This document shows, one piece after another, positions 63,738-64,000 of a stretch of 64,000 nt of DNA. Each line of letters opens with the position of its first letter. Within the stretch, counting starts at the first letter, position 1. The stretch comes from Eledone cirrhosa (Eukaryota). The notes below the pieces were generated by a model. It did no database searches. It was not told where the DNA came from and saw only the letters and a program-made list of their open reading frames with translations. The position numbers were made by a program, and so were the translations under genes. Location: assembly GCA_964016885.1 (NCBI GenBank), contig OZ024751.1, forward strand, positions 20,894,001-20,958,000, given 5' to 3'.

Positions 63738-64000
63738 CTTATAGTTATAAGGTTGGTAATTTAAAACTCTAATTCAGTGATTTGATTCTGACTTAGTTTT
63801 TTCTATTTAATTGCTAAACCTGTAGATATTGTTCTCTATACAGTAACGGTAAAACTCACTTGTAATAATTCTTTACACACATCTCACTGTGTAACACACT
63901 TCTATTTGTGTAAGATATTTGCATTTATATATATATATATATATATAGTTATACTTTGGGAGGGTCATGTTGCCAATAAGAAACACACGCACCATTTGCT

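Larger units (their letters stand above)
63031..63927. mobile_element. Fold-back element family K (~315-bp arms) with two hammerheads
   Basis: 63120-63435 is the reverse complement of 63607-63927; 36-bp direct repeat at 63030 and 63571; (TA)n both sides. Confidence 0.8.

Overview
Gene-poor, microsatellite-saturated animal DNA. The SINE families and the (TA)n/(CA)n/(TATG)n load suggest a cephalopod (octopus-like) genome, which is inference only. No host protein-coding gene could be supported, and almost all short ORFs in the track are microsatellite translations. The centre holds three near-identical full-length 5.7-kb Tx1/L1-clade non-LTR retrotransposons (ORF1 with CCHC knuckle; ORF2 APE endonuclease + RT + C-terminal zinc knuckle). 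Each is inserted in (TATC)n/(GATA)n. Copies 1 and 2 are tail-to-tail and copies 2 and 3 head-to-tail, and remnants of an older related subfamily occupy the same repeat. Reading the short unique islands between (TA)n tracts by hand gave about 19 type I hammerhead-ribozyme motifs (about 12 with a canonical or compensated core) from roughly a dozen unrelated sequence families. Most lie in small non-coding fold-back elements that look like non-autonomous Penelope-like (PLE) derivatives, and several carry a compensatory U3-A8 core. One hammerhead terminates a PLE GIY-YIG remnant. Also present: tRNA-derived SINEs (often in tandem), bipartite RTE-derived elements in (TATG)n, RLE-clade 3' fragments and several minisatellites. 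All structures were folded by eye and no database search was possible.
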